Assembly (NCBI GenBank): GCA_964016885.1
Contig: OZ024742.1
Location: forward strand, 345,340,001-345,404,000
DNA: 64,000 bases
Origin: Eledone cirrhosa
Lineage: Eukaryota
Reading direction: 5' to 3'
A program made the position numbers and the translations under genes. Below are positions 53,534-64,000 of this stretch, one piece after another. Under the pieces are notes generated by a model. It ran no database searches. It saw nothing but the letters and a program-made list of their open reading frames with translations, and had not been told where the DNA came from. Numbering within the stretch: the first letter of the stretch is position 1; each line of letters begins with the position of its first letter.

Positions 53534-54699
53534 AGTTAAAACAATGAAATAAAAATTCAAGTCATTAGGAATATACTTCACTGCTTTACGATCGTTTCTA
53601 GGTGACGATAATACATCGTACGCATATTTCGTTATCGATCTATGTAAGGTTAGTTACAAAATATCAAATAAGGAATATATTTACCTACACGTATATCATC
53701 AGCCGTTGTCAAAAGCAATGGAAATGTTATTCAAAATCAATAGTAAACTGAGTTTTATGACCTTATTTGGAGGTAGCTGAAGAACAAACCAATCAAATGG
53801 TGTTTTGCCATATGATGTTAGGATGAAATATAACTCACTTTAGTTAAGGTCATGACCTTTTGAAAGGAATGGTGAATGGTGTTAAAAATAGAATTACTAT
53901 GAAGAACCTATGAAGAAAAGGGATTGTTGTATTGATAGTGGAATGTAAATGGTGGAGTGAAGTTTAAAAAGGGATATAAAAATGATATGTTGAGTTGTGT
54001 TGTATGGAGTTTTTAGGTGAATATAAATAAGTGAATATAAAATATACGGAAATAACTAGAATAAATATAGATAGGTAAACTATTGGTCATAACTAGGAAG
54101 GATAATATATTAAAAGATAAAGATTATAATAAGATAATAAAATACAATAATATAATAATATAATATAATGTAATATAATATATATATTATATATATATAT
54201 TTTTTTCACTATCTATCTATCTGAAAGAAATAGGTTGAACTCAGACAGAAGGGCGATTCCCCGACAGCTTTAACATGCGCAAGACATGCCGTGTATCAGA
54301 ATGTATTCCCTAATACTTCATCAAGAGTTAAGGGCCCTTTGCGTTTATTTGTTTTTACTTTCCAGTAGTTGGTTGGTGAAGGCGGGGAATTGATAGATGG
54401 TTAGAACGTCGGTTAGAATACTTTGTGGTATTCTTTTTGGCTTTCTACTCTCTGGTTTAAAATCTTACCGAGGTCAACTTTACCTTTCATCCATTCGAAG
54501 GTGGTAAAAAAGTACCAGTTTAATCCTGGGGTCGATTATTCTTCTATATCATCTCCTTCTGACATCCATTTTCTCATTCTCAATTCTTCTATGGAAACAA
54601 TCTGCTGTACTCAGGCATGGAGAGGAGACACTCTCAAGAGTTACGGGACCACTCATGCAGTTTGTTGGCTGGCTGGTTTGTTGGTACTTATGTTATCAG

Positions 54700-54807
54700 T
54701 TAGAGAAGAATGGCATTCAAACATTACCTGGAGATATTGGAACTTATAAAACAAATATGACTACTGTATATTTTGTTCACAATGGACAGCTGCCATCTAT
54801 CACCCTA
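54700..54807 (+). CDS. Candidate 108-nt exon with an LRR-like peptide (LEKNGIQTLPGDIGTYKTNMTTVYFVHNGQLPSITL)
   Basis: ttatcag acceptor and gtaagg donor, open in frame 0, with LxxNxIxxLPxxIG and MxxVxFxxNxxLxxI spacing. The pyrimidine tract is weak. Confidence 0.2.
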
Positions 54808-55364
54808 GTAAGGATATTAATAAACCATATGCCTTAAAAACGACAACAGCCATATTTTCCCATTAATTCATACACATTCACATGTACAAACAAACTCAGT
54901 GTAGCATCTAGAAAGGAAAGAATGATATATAGTTATTCATATATATTCAGATGTATGGATAATATTTATGTGTCAATATATTTCTGGGAGGTATTAGATT
55001 CAATAACAGAAAGGGACAAATTGTCTCCATTTTCCTGTCCCGAGAAAGAATGTATCTAATTTCTTGTTCTGAATATAAATAAGTCTTTAAAATTGTTGAC
55101 CTGTCAGGTCAGATTATTTTGTATAACATGCAATATAATTTTTAAAGACTAGTATGATTGTGCATTTATTAAAATACGATCGATAAGGCAAACGAAGTAG
55201 CTTCGTTTGTTTTTCTCCTATATTTTGCCTTAGTTATGTTACTATCAAGACATCCAGCAGTAGCCACCAAGCATACTAAGGCTCCAGTTACCTTGGTAAC
55301 GCTTTTTCTTTCGTAGAGATATCCTACTGGAAATTCCCACTACATTCATTATTAACTAGATAAG

Positions 55365-55557
55365 AGGGTCGTATTGGCAGTATCGGTAGAGGGTCGGACG
55401 CTATTCTTTGCAGCATAGAGTTACGACCCTTTACGATCTGAGTTCAAATCCCGCCGAGGTTAACTTTGCCTTTCATCCTTACGTAGTCGATACAATAAAG
55501 TACCAGTAATGCACTAGGATAATTGATGGCCTTGTGCCAAAAATAGAAACAATTATT
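55365..55557 (+). mobile_element. Deu/Nin-domain SINE; other copies at 52075-52225(-), 54380-54540(+) and 58165-58355(-)
   Basis: Close match to the 9290 copy; cattattaactagata / aattattaactagata flanks form a TSD. Confidence 0.9.
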
Positions 55558-56019
55558 AACTAGATACAGATTTAAGATTAAAAAAAAAAGATCCAGGCAA
55601 GATTCTCAGCAACCATTTTCACGTTGATTTCACGGGCAGGTTGTTTCGTAGATCGAACAACTGTAACACTCATAGCCGAAATCGACGGAGGTTCATTCCG
55701 TTGTTTGATTGAATTGGAAGATCAGAAGACAAACTGATATATGATATGTACTTAAACTCTTTTTTATGTTGTGACCTAACAGGTTCAAATTTCACCATGA
55801 CCAACTTTCCAATTCATCCGAGCGGCTTCGATATAATAAAGTCGTCTCGATGATGTATTGATTCAATCGATTACGTCCCGCCCATAAATCTGAAGACTCT
55901 GAACTGTCAGATGATATTGCATCAATATATTTTAAGACTTAAGAAATGTTTCCTACTATTATAGAATAATCTTCGACCTTTTGATTTGCCAAAAATATTG
56001 CACAGGCACATTCAAAGAT

Positions 56020-57420
56020 TGCCACGTGATCTTAGATCATTTCTCTCATGTATTAACAATTACCACATTCTCAGATCATTTCTCTCATGTCTTAACAATT
56101 GCCACATTCTCGGATCATTTCTCTCATGTATTAACAATTGCCACATGATCTCAGATCATTTCTCTCATGTAATGTATTAACAATTGCCACGTGATCTCAG
56201 ATCATTTCTCTCATGTCTTAACAATTGCCACATTCTCAGATCATTTCTCTCATGTATTAACAATTGCCACATTCTCGGATCATTTCTCTCATATCTTAAC
56301 AATTGCCACGTGATCTCAGATCATTTCTCTCATGTCTTAACAATTGCCACATTCTGAGATCATTTCTCTGATGTCTTAACAATTGCCACGTGATCTCAGA
56401 TCATTTCTCTGATGTCTTAACAATTGCCACGTGATCTCAGATCATTTCTCTCATGTAATGTATTAACAATTGACACGTGATCTCAGATCATTTCTCTCAT
56501 GTCATGTATTAACAATTGACACGTGATCTCAGATCATTTCTCTCATCTCTTAACAATTGCCACATTCTGAGATCATTTCTCTCATGTCTTAACAATTGCC
56601 ACATGATCTCAGATCATTTCTCTCATGTATTAACAATTGCCACATTCTCGGATCATTTCTCTCATATATTAACAATTGCCACGTGATCTCAGATCATTTC
56701 TCTCATGTAATGTCTTAACGATTGCCACATTCTGAGATCATTTCTCTCATGTCTTAACAATTACCACGTGATCTCAGATCATTTCTCTCATGTCTTAACA
56801 ATTGCCACATTCTGAGATCATTTCTCTCATGTCTTAACAATTGCCACGTGATCTCAGATCATTTCTCTCATGTAATGTATTAACAATTGACACGTGATCT
56901 CAGATCATTTCTCTCATCTCTTAACAATTGCCACATTCTGAGATCATTTCTCTCATGTCTTAACAATTGCCACGTGATCTCAGATCATTTCTCTCATGTA
57001 ATGTATTAACAATTGCCACGTGATCTCAGATCATTTCTCTCATGTCTTAACAATTGACACGTGATCTCAGATCATTTCTCTCCTGTATTAACAATTGCCA
57101 CCTTCTCAGATGATTTCTCTCATGTCTTAACAATTGCCACGTGATCTCAGATAATTTCTCTCATGTCTTAACAATTGCCACGTGATCTCAGGTCATTTCT
57201 GCCATGTATTAACAATTGCCACATTCTCAGATCATTTCTCTCATGTCTTAACAATTGCCACGTGATCTCAGATCATTTCTCTCATGTATTAACAATTGCC
57301 ACGTGATCTCAGATCATTTCTCTCATGTATTAACGATTGCCACGTGATCTCAGATCATTTCTCTCATGTATTAACGATTGCCACGTGATCTCAGATCATT
57401 TCGCTCATGTATTAACAATT
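56020..57420 (+). repeat. Minisatellite of 39/41/46-bp unit variants (ttaacaattgccacgtgatctcagatcatttctctcatgtc), about 34 copies
   Basis: Directly visible head-to-tail repeats with no spacers. Confidence 0.95.
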
Positions 57421-57590
57421 CTCTTATCCGGAGACATACAAACAAGAGGTTTCTTTTAACTTGGGGGGAGGAATATTTCTCAAGTATTTGTTTATCTAAT
57501 AGTTTGACATAAAAATTAATAAATGTAAATCAATATTAAATTTTTTTATTTTAATTGTATTAATCAATATAATGTATTTTATCCCTGTTG

Positions 57591-57870
57591 TGGAAGCGCG
57601 TGGCCTAGTGACATGGGTGTTGGATTTAAAATCATAATGCCGTGGGTTCGAATCCTAGGCTGGGCTGCGTGTTGTGTTCTTAAACAAAACACTTCATTTC
57701 ACGTTGCTCCAGTATACTCAGCTGAAAGTGAGTACCAGCAATAGCTGGGGGTTTAACCCTGCAATGGACTGGCGTAATGTCCAGGAGGCGTCTTGTACTT
57801 TCAGTCACTTCGCTCCATGGGATAAGCACCGTCCTGATGAGACTCAGGTAGCTCAAGATAGACTTTAGAC
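57591..57870 (+). mobile_element. CORE-like tRNA-derived SINE, near full length
   Basis: ggaagcgcgtggcctagtg (A box), ggttcgaatcc (B box), core, and aaccctgcaatggactggcg..tccagg. Confidence 0.85.
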
Positions 57871-58370
57871 TATCTTTGTTGAATGAGAAAAAATGAGGAC
57901 AACGTTACATGAGATGAAAAACTCATGTCAAAACTTTTATTTTATATTTATATTGTGTATACAAGAAACCACTTAGAACTTCCATGAAAACAATTATAAT
58001 AAAATTGCAGTGTAATAAAAGAAGGACAGTGGAAAATTTAAAATTTGAAGTTATATTGATTTATAGTGGAAGTTATGTAGTTTATGATAGGAAACGAAAA
58101 TATATAGAAATGGCAGTGATTTCAAATGGAAACTATATCGCCAACAACTACTACTAATAATAAGAATAATTGTTTCTACTGTTGGCACAAGGCCAGCAAT
58201 TACCCAGTACATTACTGGTACTTTATTTTATCGATCCCGTAAGGATGAAAGGCAAAGTTAACCTCGGCAGGATTTGAACTCAGGACGTAAAGGGCCATAC
58301 CTCTATGCTGTAAAGCATGGTGTCTGACCCTATGCCGATACTGCCAATTCACCAATTATTATAATAATAA

Positions 58371-59386
58371 CTAGCAGCATGGCCCGGCGTTGCTCGGGAT
58401 TCTAAACATAGATTGGCATGTTTATCCCTCCTTTCTGAAACAGTAGAGAGAAGTACAGAATACTTCGGCCTGGGGATGGTGTCTACATTTTGTGCTTATA
58501 AAATAAATTCGTCGTAGATTACCAGGGGTTTAACTTAATTGGGTGCCTGAGAGTAAAATATTCAACCCACGAAAGCCAAGACGATAGGGTTAAGTAAGAA
58601 GGCATTCGACAAACCGAACATGTATTTGTTGTGCTATGGTACAATGAAAGCAATTGTTACAGAGCAGTAAACATGTGGGACTGCAGTGGTGGAGAGTGAT
58701 GTTGTCTTACTCCTTTCAATGTTTCGTCGTATGTTCACCAATTGATGCAGAAGTCCTAATAAAAACTGAATTCGCCTTGGGTAAATGGGGAAATAATTTT
58801 CTATTACGATTTTTCAAAAGCATGTAATTACGTTCCCTCTCTTTTTTGTTATTGTTTTTGCTGGTGTTTATATTTTGTTTTTGTGTATGCAAAAATATCT
58901 GTACACGAATATATAATTATATATATATATATATATATATTAAAATAACAGATTAAAGTTTAAGCAAAGAATAGCTGCTTTCACCCTTAACGGGATCTTC
59001 TGAAACTACAAAAATCAATCTGTGAACGCAGAAGTAAATATTTCGAAAAAGGTTACACACTATATATACATATATACACACACACACTGCATTATAATGA
59101 CGTAATGCAGACAACCAGGCATACAGACAGATATTATAAGGGTGCAACGTTATATCTATGTATCTATCTAAAAAGAAATACTAAGAATTATAGAGAGAAA
59201 ACACTAAATCGCATAATGCGGTCCCTAAGGCATTGGAAATTTGAAATGTGCTTTGCCCAAAACACTCACAGGACCATAAGAATTACATGTGTAAAGTTTG
59301 CAAAAAATCGGTTGGGTGGTTCTCGAGATTTAGGGAGTCAGACAGACAGACAGACAGAGAGATATTCTCTGTTTTAGATATATAGA
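58371..59386 (-). mobile_element. Non-autonomous Helitron
   Basis: Minus strand starts TCtatatat with (CTGT)n near the 5' end and finishes with the hairpin cccgagcaacgccggg plus CTAG followed by T. A possible RepHel C-terminal remnant (LSWV...TTNLFYKHKM*) lies at ~58483-58576. Confidence 0.75.
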
Positions 59387-59895
59387 CTAGCAGAAAACCA
59401 CCCGGTGGGCGGTTTTCTGCTAGAAAATTTAGTGTATATACTGATATTTTGAGATTTGGATGAGAAATGTTTTCGGCACCACATGTTCACCGTCTCTCGG
59501 TGTGTCTTTTATGCATGTATAAATATATATGTTATCTATACGGTAAAATCTTTGAAATAAATATATATTAAAACGAAAAAGGAGAAAATAAATAACTGGC
59601 GGTTAGAAAAAAATATTCCTATGAAATTTTAATCATACCATTAGGTGTGAATAAGGAAATATTTTTTTATTGTCAAAACAAATGTTCAAAAGTTAAACTT
59701 CAATTTTTTTAACTATTTCCAATTTTTTCATGAAATTGAACACTGGACATTGGCTTCTGGAAATGGAAATTAAATCGTATTTAATTGTATTTAAATTTCT
59801 AACCTTATTTTATTATTTATATGTTTTCAATAAGAAATAGAAAAAAAACAACAACAAAAATTGAAGAAAAAATTTGAACAAATCAAACGTAGGAT

Positions 59896-60235
59896 ATGGA
59901 ACTGCGCAATCTGATTAATAAATTACCTCATCAGCAGCAACCTTCTTCAAATGGTCCTTATTATCAGCAGCAACAACCACAAATTCAATGACAACCTTCT
60001 TCAAACCACAAATTCAATGGCAACGTTCTTCAAAAGGTCCTTATTATCAGCAGCAACAACCACAAATTCAATGGCAACCTTCTTCAAACCACAAATTCAA
60101 GGCCAACCTTCTTCGCATGGTGTCAAGTCAGAACCGCCTCGAACTGGTTACTTCTGGCTTTTGCAAGGTGTCTCTATAGCCACCAGCGATTCCCTCGGCC
60201 TCAGTGACCAAAGTCAGAGGAGAGGGGAATGTAAT
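59896..60235 (+). pseudogene. Decayed Q/P/S-rich coding-like segment with an internal ~82-bp duplication
   Basis: MELRNLINKLPHQQQPSSNGPYYQQQQPQIQ*QPSS / ...QWQRSSKGPYYQQQQPQIQWQPSS / PQIQGQPSSHGVKSEPPRTGYFWLLQG, read across frameshifts. Confidence 0.3.
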
Positions 60236-60406
60236 GTTTCTGTAGCACGTGTTTTAGCGTCTATTCACTCTATCTCTCTCCCTTTCTCCCTCCCGCTATC
60301 CCCTCTCGTAGTCTGTCTCTTTCTTTCACTCTCACTCTCTCTCTACGCACGTGTTTCCACTGTCGGACAGAGACAGAGAAATTGCTGGTTATATATCTAA
60401 GTAGAT

Positions 60407-60600
60407 AATACTACTACTATAACTATTACTACTACCACCATCACCACAACTACTATTACTACTACTACTAACACTAATAATAATAATAATACCACTACTA
60501 TAACTACTACTAGTAGCACCACCACTACTACTGTTATTACTACTACCACTACCAGTACTACTACTACTACCACTAATATGACTACTACGACCACTAGTCA
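60407..60600. repeat. Degenerate (TAC/CAC/TAA)n microsatellite
   Basis: Directly visible. Confidence 0.9.
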
Positions 60601-60709
60601 ACTGCTATACAGCACAAGTAGATATTTTTAGTTTTGTTTCGTTCCAATAAATTATCGAATGTATAGAGTATTTAGAACATGAGAATGCAGTATTTAGAAC
60701 ATGAGAATG

Positions 60710-63700
60710 CAGCCTCCTACAGTTCCTCCCAGCCTCCTTCAGTTCCTTCCAGTCTCCTACATTTCCTTCCAGCCTCCTGCAGTTCCTCCCAGCCTCTTGC
60801 AGTTCCTCCCAGCCTCTTGCAGTTCCTCCCAGCCTCCTGCAGTTCCTCCCAACTTCCTTCAGTTCCTTCCAGACTCCTACAGTTCCTCCCAGCCTCCTTC
60901 AGTTCCTTCCAGCCTCCTGCAGTTCCTTCCAGCCTCCGGCAGTTCCTCCCAGCCTCCTTCAGTTCCTTCCAGCCTCCTTCAGTTCCTTCCAGCCTCCTGC
61001 AGTTCCTCCCAGCCTCTTGCAGTTCCTCCCAGCCTCCTGCAGTTCCTCCCAACTTCCTTCAGTTCCTTCCAGACACCTACAGTTCCTCCCAGCCTCCTTC
61101 AGTTCCTTCCAGCCTCCTGCAGTTCCTTCCAGCCTCCTGCAGTTCCTCCCAGCCTCCTTCAGTTCCTTCCAGCCTCCTTCAGTTCCTTCCAGCCTCCTGC
61201 AGTTCCTCCCAGCCTCTTGCAGTTCCTCCCAGCCTCTTGCAGTTCCTCCCAGCCTCTTGCAGTTCCTCCCAGCCTCCTGCAGTTCCTCCCAACTTCCTTC
61301 AGTTCCTTCCAGTCTCCTACATTTCCTTCCAGCCTCCTGCAGTTCCTCCCAGCCTCTTGCAGTTCCTCCCAGCCTCTTGCAGTTCCTCCCAGCCTCCTGC
61401 AGTTCCTCCCAACTTCCTTCAGTTCCTTCCAGTCTCCTACATTTCCTTCCAGCCTCCTTCAGTTCCTTCCAGCCTCCTGCAGTTCCTCCCAGCCTCTTGC
61501 AGTTCCTCCCAGCCTCTTGCAGTTCCTCCCAGCCTCCTGCAGTTCCTCCCAACTTCCTTCAGTTCCTTCCAGACTCCTACAGTTCCTCCCAGCCTCCTTC
61601 AGTTCCTTCCAGCCTCCTGCAGTTCCTTCCAGCCTCCTGCAGTTCCTCCCAGCCTCCTTCAGTTCCTCCCAACCTCCTTCAGTTCCTTCCAGCCTCCTGC
61701 AGTTCATCCCAGCCTCCTTCAGTTCCTTCCAGCCTCCTGCAGTTCCTCCCAGCCTCCTGCAGTTCCTCCCAACCTCCTTCAGTTCCTTCCAGCCTCCTGC
61801 AGTTCCTCCCAGCCTCCTTCAGTTCCTTCCAGCCTCCTGCAGTTCCTCCCAGCCTCCTGCAGTTCCTCCCAACCTCCTTCAGTTCCTTCCAGCCTCCTGC
61901 AGTTCCTTCCAGCCTCCTGCAGTTCCTTCCAGCCTCCTGCAGTTGCTCCCAGCCTCCTGCAATTCCTCCCAGCCTCCTTCAGTTCCTTCCAGCCTGCTGC
62001 AGTTCCTCCCAGCCTCCGGCAGTTCCTCCAAAACCTCCTTCACTTCCTTCCAGCCTCCTACAGTTCCTTCCAGCCTCCTGCAGTTCCTTCCAGCCTCCTC
62101 CAGTTCCTCCCATCCTCCTTCAGTTCCTTCCAGCCTCCTGCAGTTCCTCCCAGCCTCCTGCAGTTCCTCCCAGCCTCCTTCAGTTCCTTCCAGCCTCCTG
62201 CAGTTCCTTCAAGCCTCCTGCAGTTCCTCCCAGCCTCCTGCAGTTCCTTCCAGCCTCCTACAGTTCCTCCCAGCCTGCTTCAGTTCCTTCCAGCCTCCTA
62301 CAGTTCCTTCCAGCCTCCTGCAGTTCCTCCCAGCCTCCTGCAGTTCCTTCAAGCCTCCTGCAGTTCCTCGCAGCCTCCTGCAGTTCCTTCCAGCCTCCTA
62401 CAGTTCCTCCCAGCCTGCTTCAGTTCCTTCCAGCCTCCTGCAGTTCCTTCAAGCCTCCTGCAGTTCCTCCCAGCCTCCTTCAGTTCCTTCCAGCCTCCTA
62501 CAGTTCCTCCCAGCCTGCTTCAGTTCCTTCCAGCCTCCTACAGTTCCTTCCAGCCTCCTGCAGTTCCTCCCAGCCTCCTGCAGTTCCTTCCAGCCTCCTG
62601 CAGTTCCTCCTAGCCTGCTTCAGTTCCTTCCAGCCTCCTACAGTTCCTCCCAGCCTGCTTCAGTTCCTTCCAGCCTCCTGCAATTCCTTCCAGCCTCCTG
62701 CAGTTCCTCCCAGCCTCCTGCAGTTCCTCCCAACCTCCTTCAGTTCCTTCCAGCCTCCTGCAGTTCCTCCCAGCCTCCTGCAGTTCCTCCCAGCCTCCTA
62801 CAGTTCCTTCCAGCCTCGTGCAATTCCTTCCAGCCTCCTGCAATTCCTCCCAGCCTCCTGCAGTTCCTCCCAGCCTCCTACAGTTCCTTCCAGTCTCCTT
62901 CAGTTCCTCCCAACCTCCTTCAGTTCCTTCCAGCCTCCTGCAGTTCCTCCCAGCCTCCTTCAGTTCTTTCCAGCCTCCTTCAGTTCCTTGCAGCCTCCTG
63001 CATTTCCTTCCAGCCTCCTTCAGTTCCTTCCAGCCTCCTACAGTTCCTTCCAGCCTCCTGCAGTTCCTTCCAGCCTCCTGCAGTTCCTTCAAGCCTCCTG
63101 CAGTTCCTCCCAGCCTCCTGCAGTTCCTTCCAGCCTCCTACAGTTCCTTCCAGCCTCCTGCAGTTCCTCCAAGCCTCCTGCAGTTCCTTCCAGCCTCCTT
63201 CAGTTCCTTCCAGCCTCCTGCAGTTCCTTCCAGCCTCCTGCAGTTCCTCCCAGCCTCTTGCAGTTCCTCCCAGCCTCTTGCAGTTCCTCCCAGCCTCTTG
63301 CAGTTCCTCCCAGCCTCCTGCAGTTCCTCCCAACTTCCTTCAGTTCCTTCCAGTCTCCTACATTTCCTTCCAGCCTCCTGCAGTTCCTCCCAGCCTCTTG
63401 CAGTTCCTCCCAGCCTCTTGCAGTTCCTCCCAGCCTCCTGCAGTTCCTCCCAACTTCCTTCAGTTCCTTCCAGTCTCCTACATTTCCTTCCAGCCTCCTT
63501 CAGTTCCTTCCAGCCTCCTGCAGTTCCTCCCAGCCTCTTGCAGTTCCTCCCAGCCTCTTGCAGTTCCTCCCAGCCTCCTGCAGTTCCTCCCAACTTCCTT
63601 CAGTTCCTTCCAGACTCCTACAGTTCCTCCCAGCCTCCTTCAGTTCCTTCCAGCCTCCTGCAGTTCCTTCCAGCCTCCTGCAGTTCCTCCCAGCCTCCTT

Positions 63701-64000
63701 CAGTTCCTCCCAACCTCCTTCAGTTCCTTCCAGCCTCCTGCAGTTCATCCCAGCCTCCTTCAGTTCCTTCCAGCCTCCTGCAGTTCCTCCCAGCCTCCTG
63801 CAGTTCCTCCCAACCTCCTTCAGTTCCTTCAAGCCTCCTGCAGTTCCTCCCAGCCTCCTTCAGTTCCTTCCAGCCTCCTGCAGTTCCTCCCAGCCTCCTG
63901 CAGTTCCTCCCAACCTCCTTCAGTTCCTTCCAGCCTCCTGCAGTTCCTTCCAGCCTCCTGCAGTTCCTTCCAGCCTCCTGCAGTTGCTCCCAGCCTCCTG
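60710..64000 (+). repeat. 20-bp satellite (cagttcctcccagcctcctg) with higher-order structure, running off the window end
   Basis: Two alternating 10-mers. A 120-bp repeat is seen at 61201-61440, and the block ~61200-61960 recurs 2041 bp downstream. Confidence 0.97.

Noticed and set aside
56020-57420. CRISPR-like palindromic ~40-bp repeats
   Set aside because: There are no unique spacers and no cas genes, and the context is eukaryotic.
57834-57860. CTGATGAG motif
   Set aside because: Part of a SINE tail with no downstream GAAA or stems.
60679-63832. 644-aa S/P/Q/L ORF and antisense GGWEELQEAGRN ORFs
   Set aside because: The 20-bp unit is not a multiple of 3, so the peptide simply cycles through all frames; this is satellite DNA.

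Overview
AT-rich, repeat-dominated animal genomic DNA. The SINE families and very long (TA)n/(CA)n tracts resemble those of Octopus/cephalopods (an inference). No intact host gene can be established. Most ORFs in the track are microsatellite or satellite artefacts. The recognisable content is almost all mobile DNA: about 25 tRNA-derived SINEs with a Deu/Nin-type central domain, a second CORE-like SINE family, a near full-length frameshifted RTE/BovB-type LINE (44.8-48.0 kb) abutting a CR1 3' end, fragments of R4/Dong, RTE and CRE-clade (restriction-like endonuclease) LINEs, a decayed Naiad-type Penelope-like element (31.9-34.5 kb), a non-autonomous Helitron, several MITE/foldback elements, a tRNA-Ala(AGC) pseudogene and two satellites. 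The most notable signal is a set of at least ten type I hammerhead-ribozyme (HHR) folds from four sequence families. They include a 523-bp tandem and inverted HHR-bearing array (35.3-37.2 kb, retrozyme-like), head-to-head HHR foldback cassettes (7.2 kb and 29.3 kb) and a solo ~60-nt HHR embedded in pure (TA)n (43.76 kb). All calls were made by eye, and repeat boundaries are approximate.
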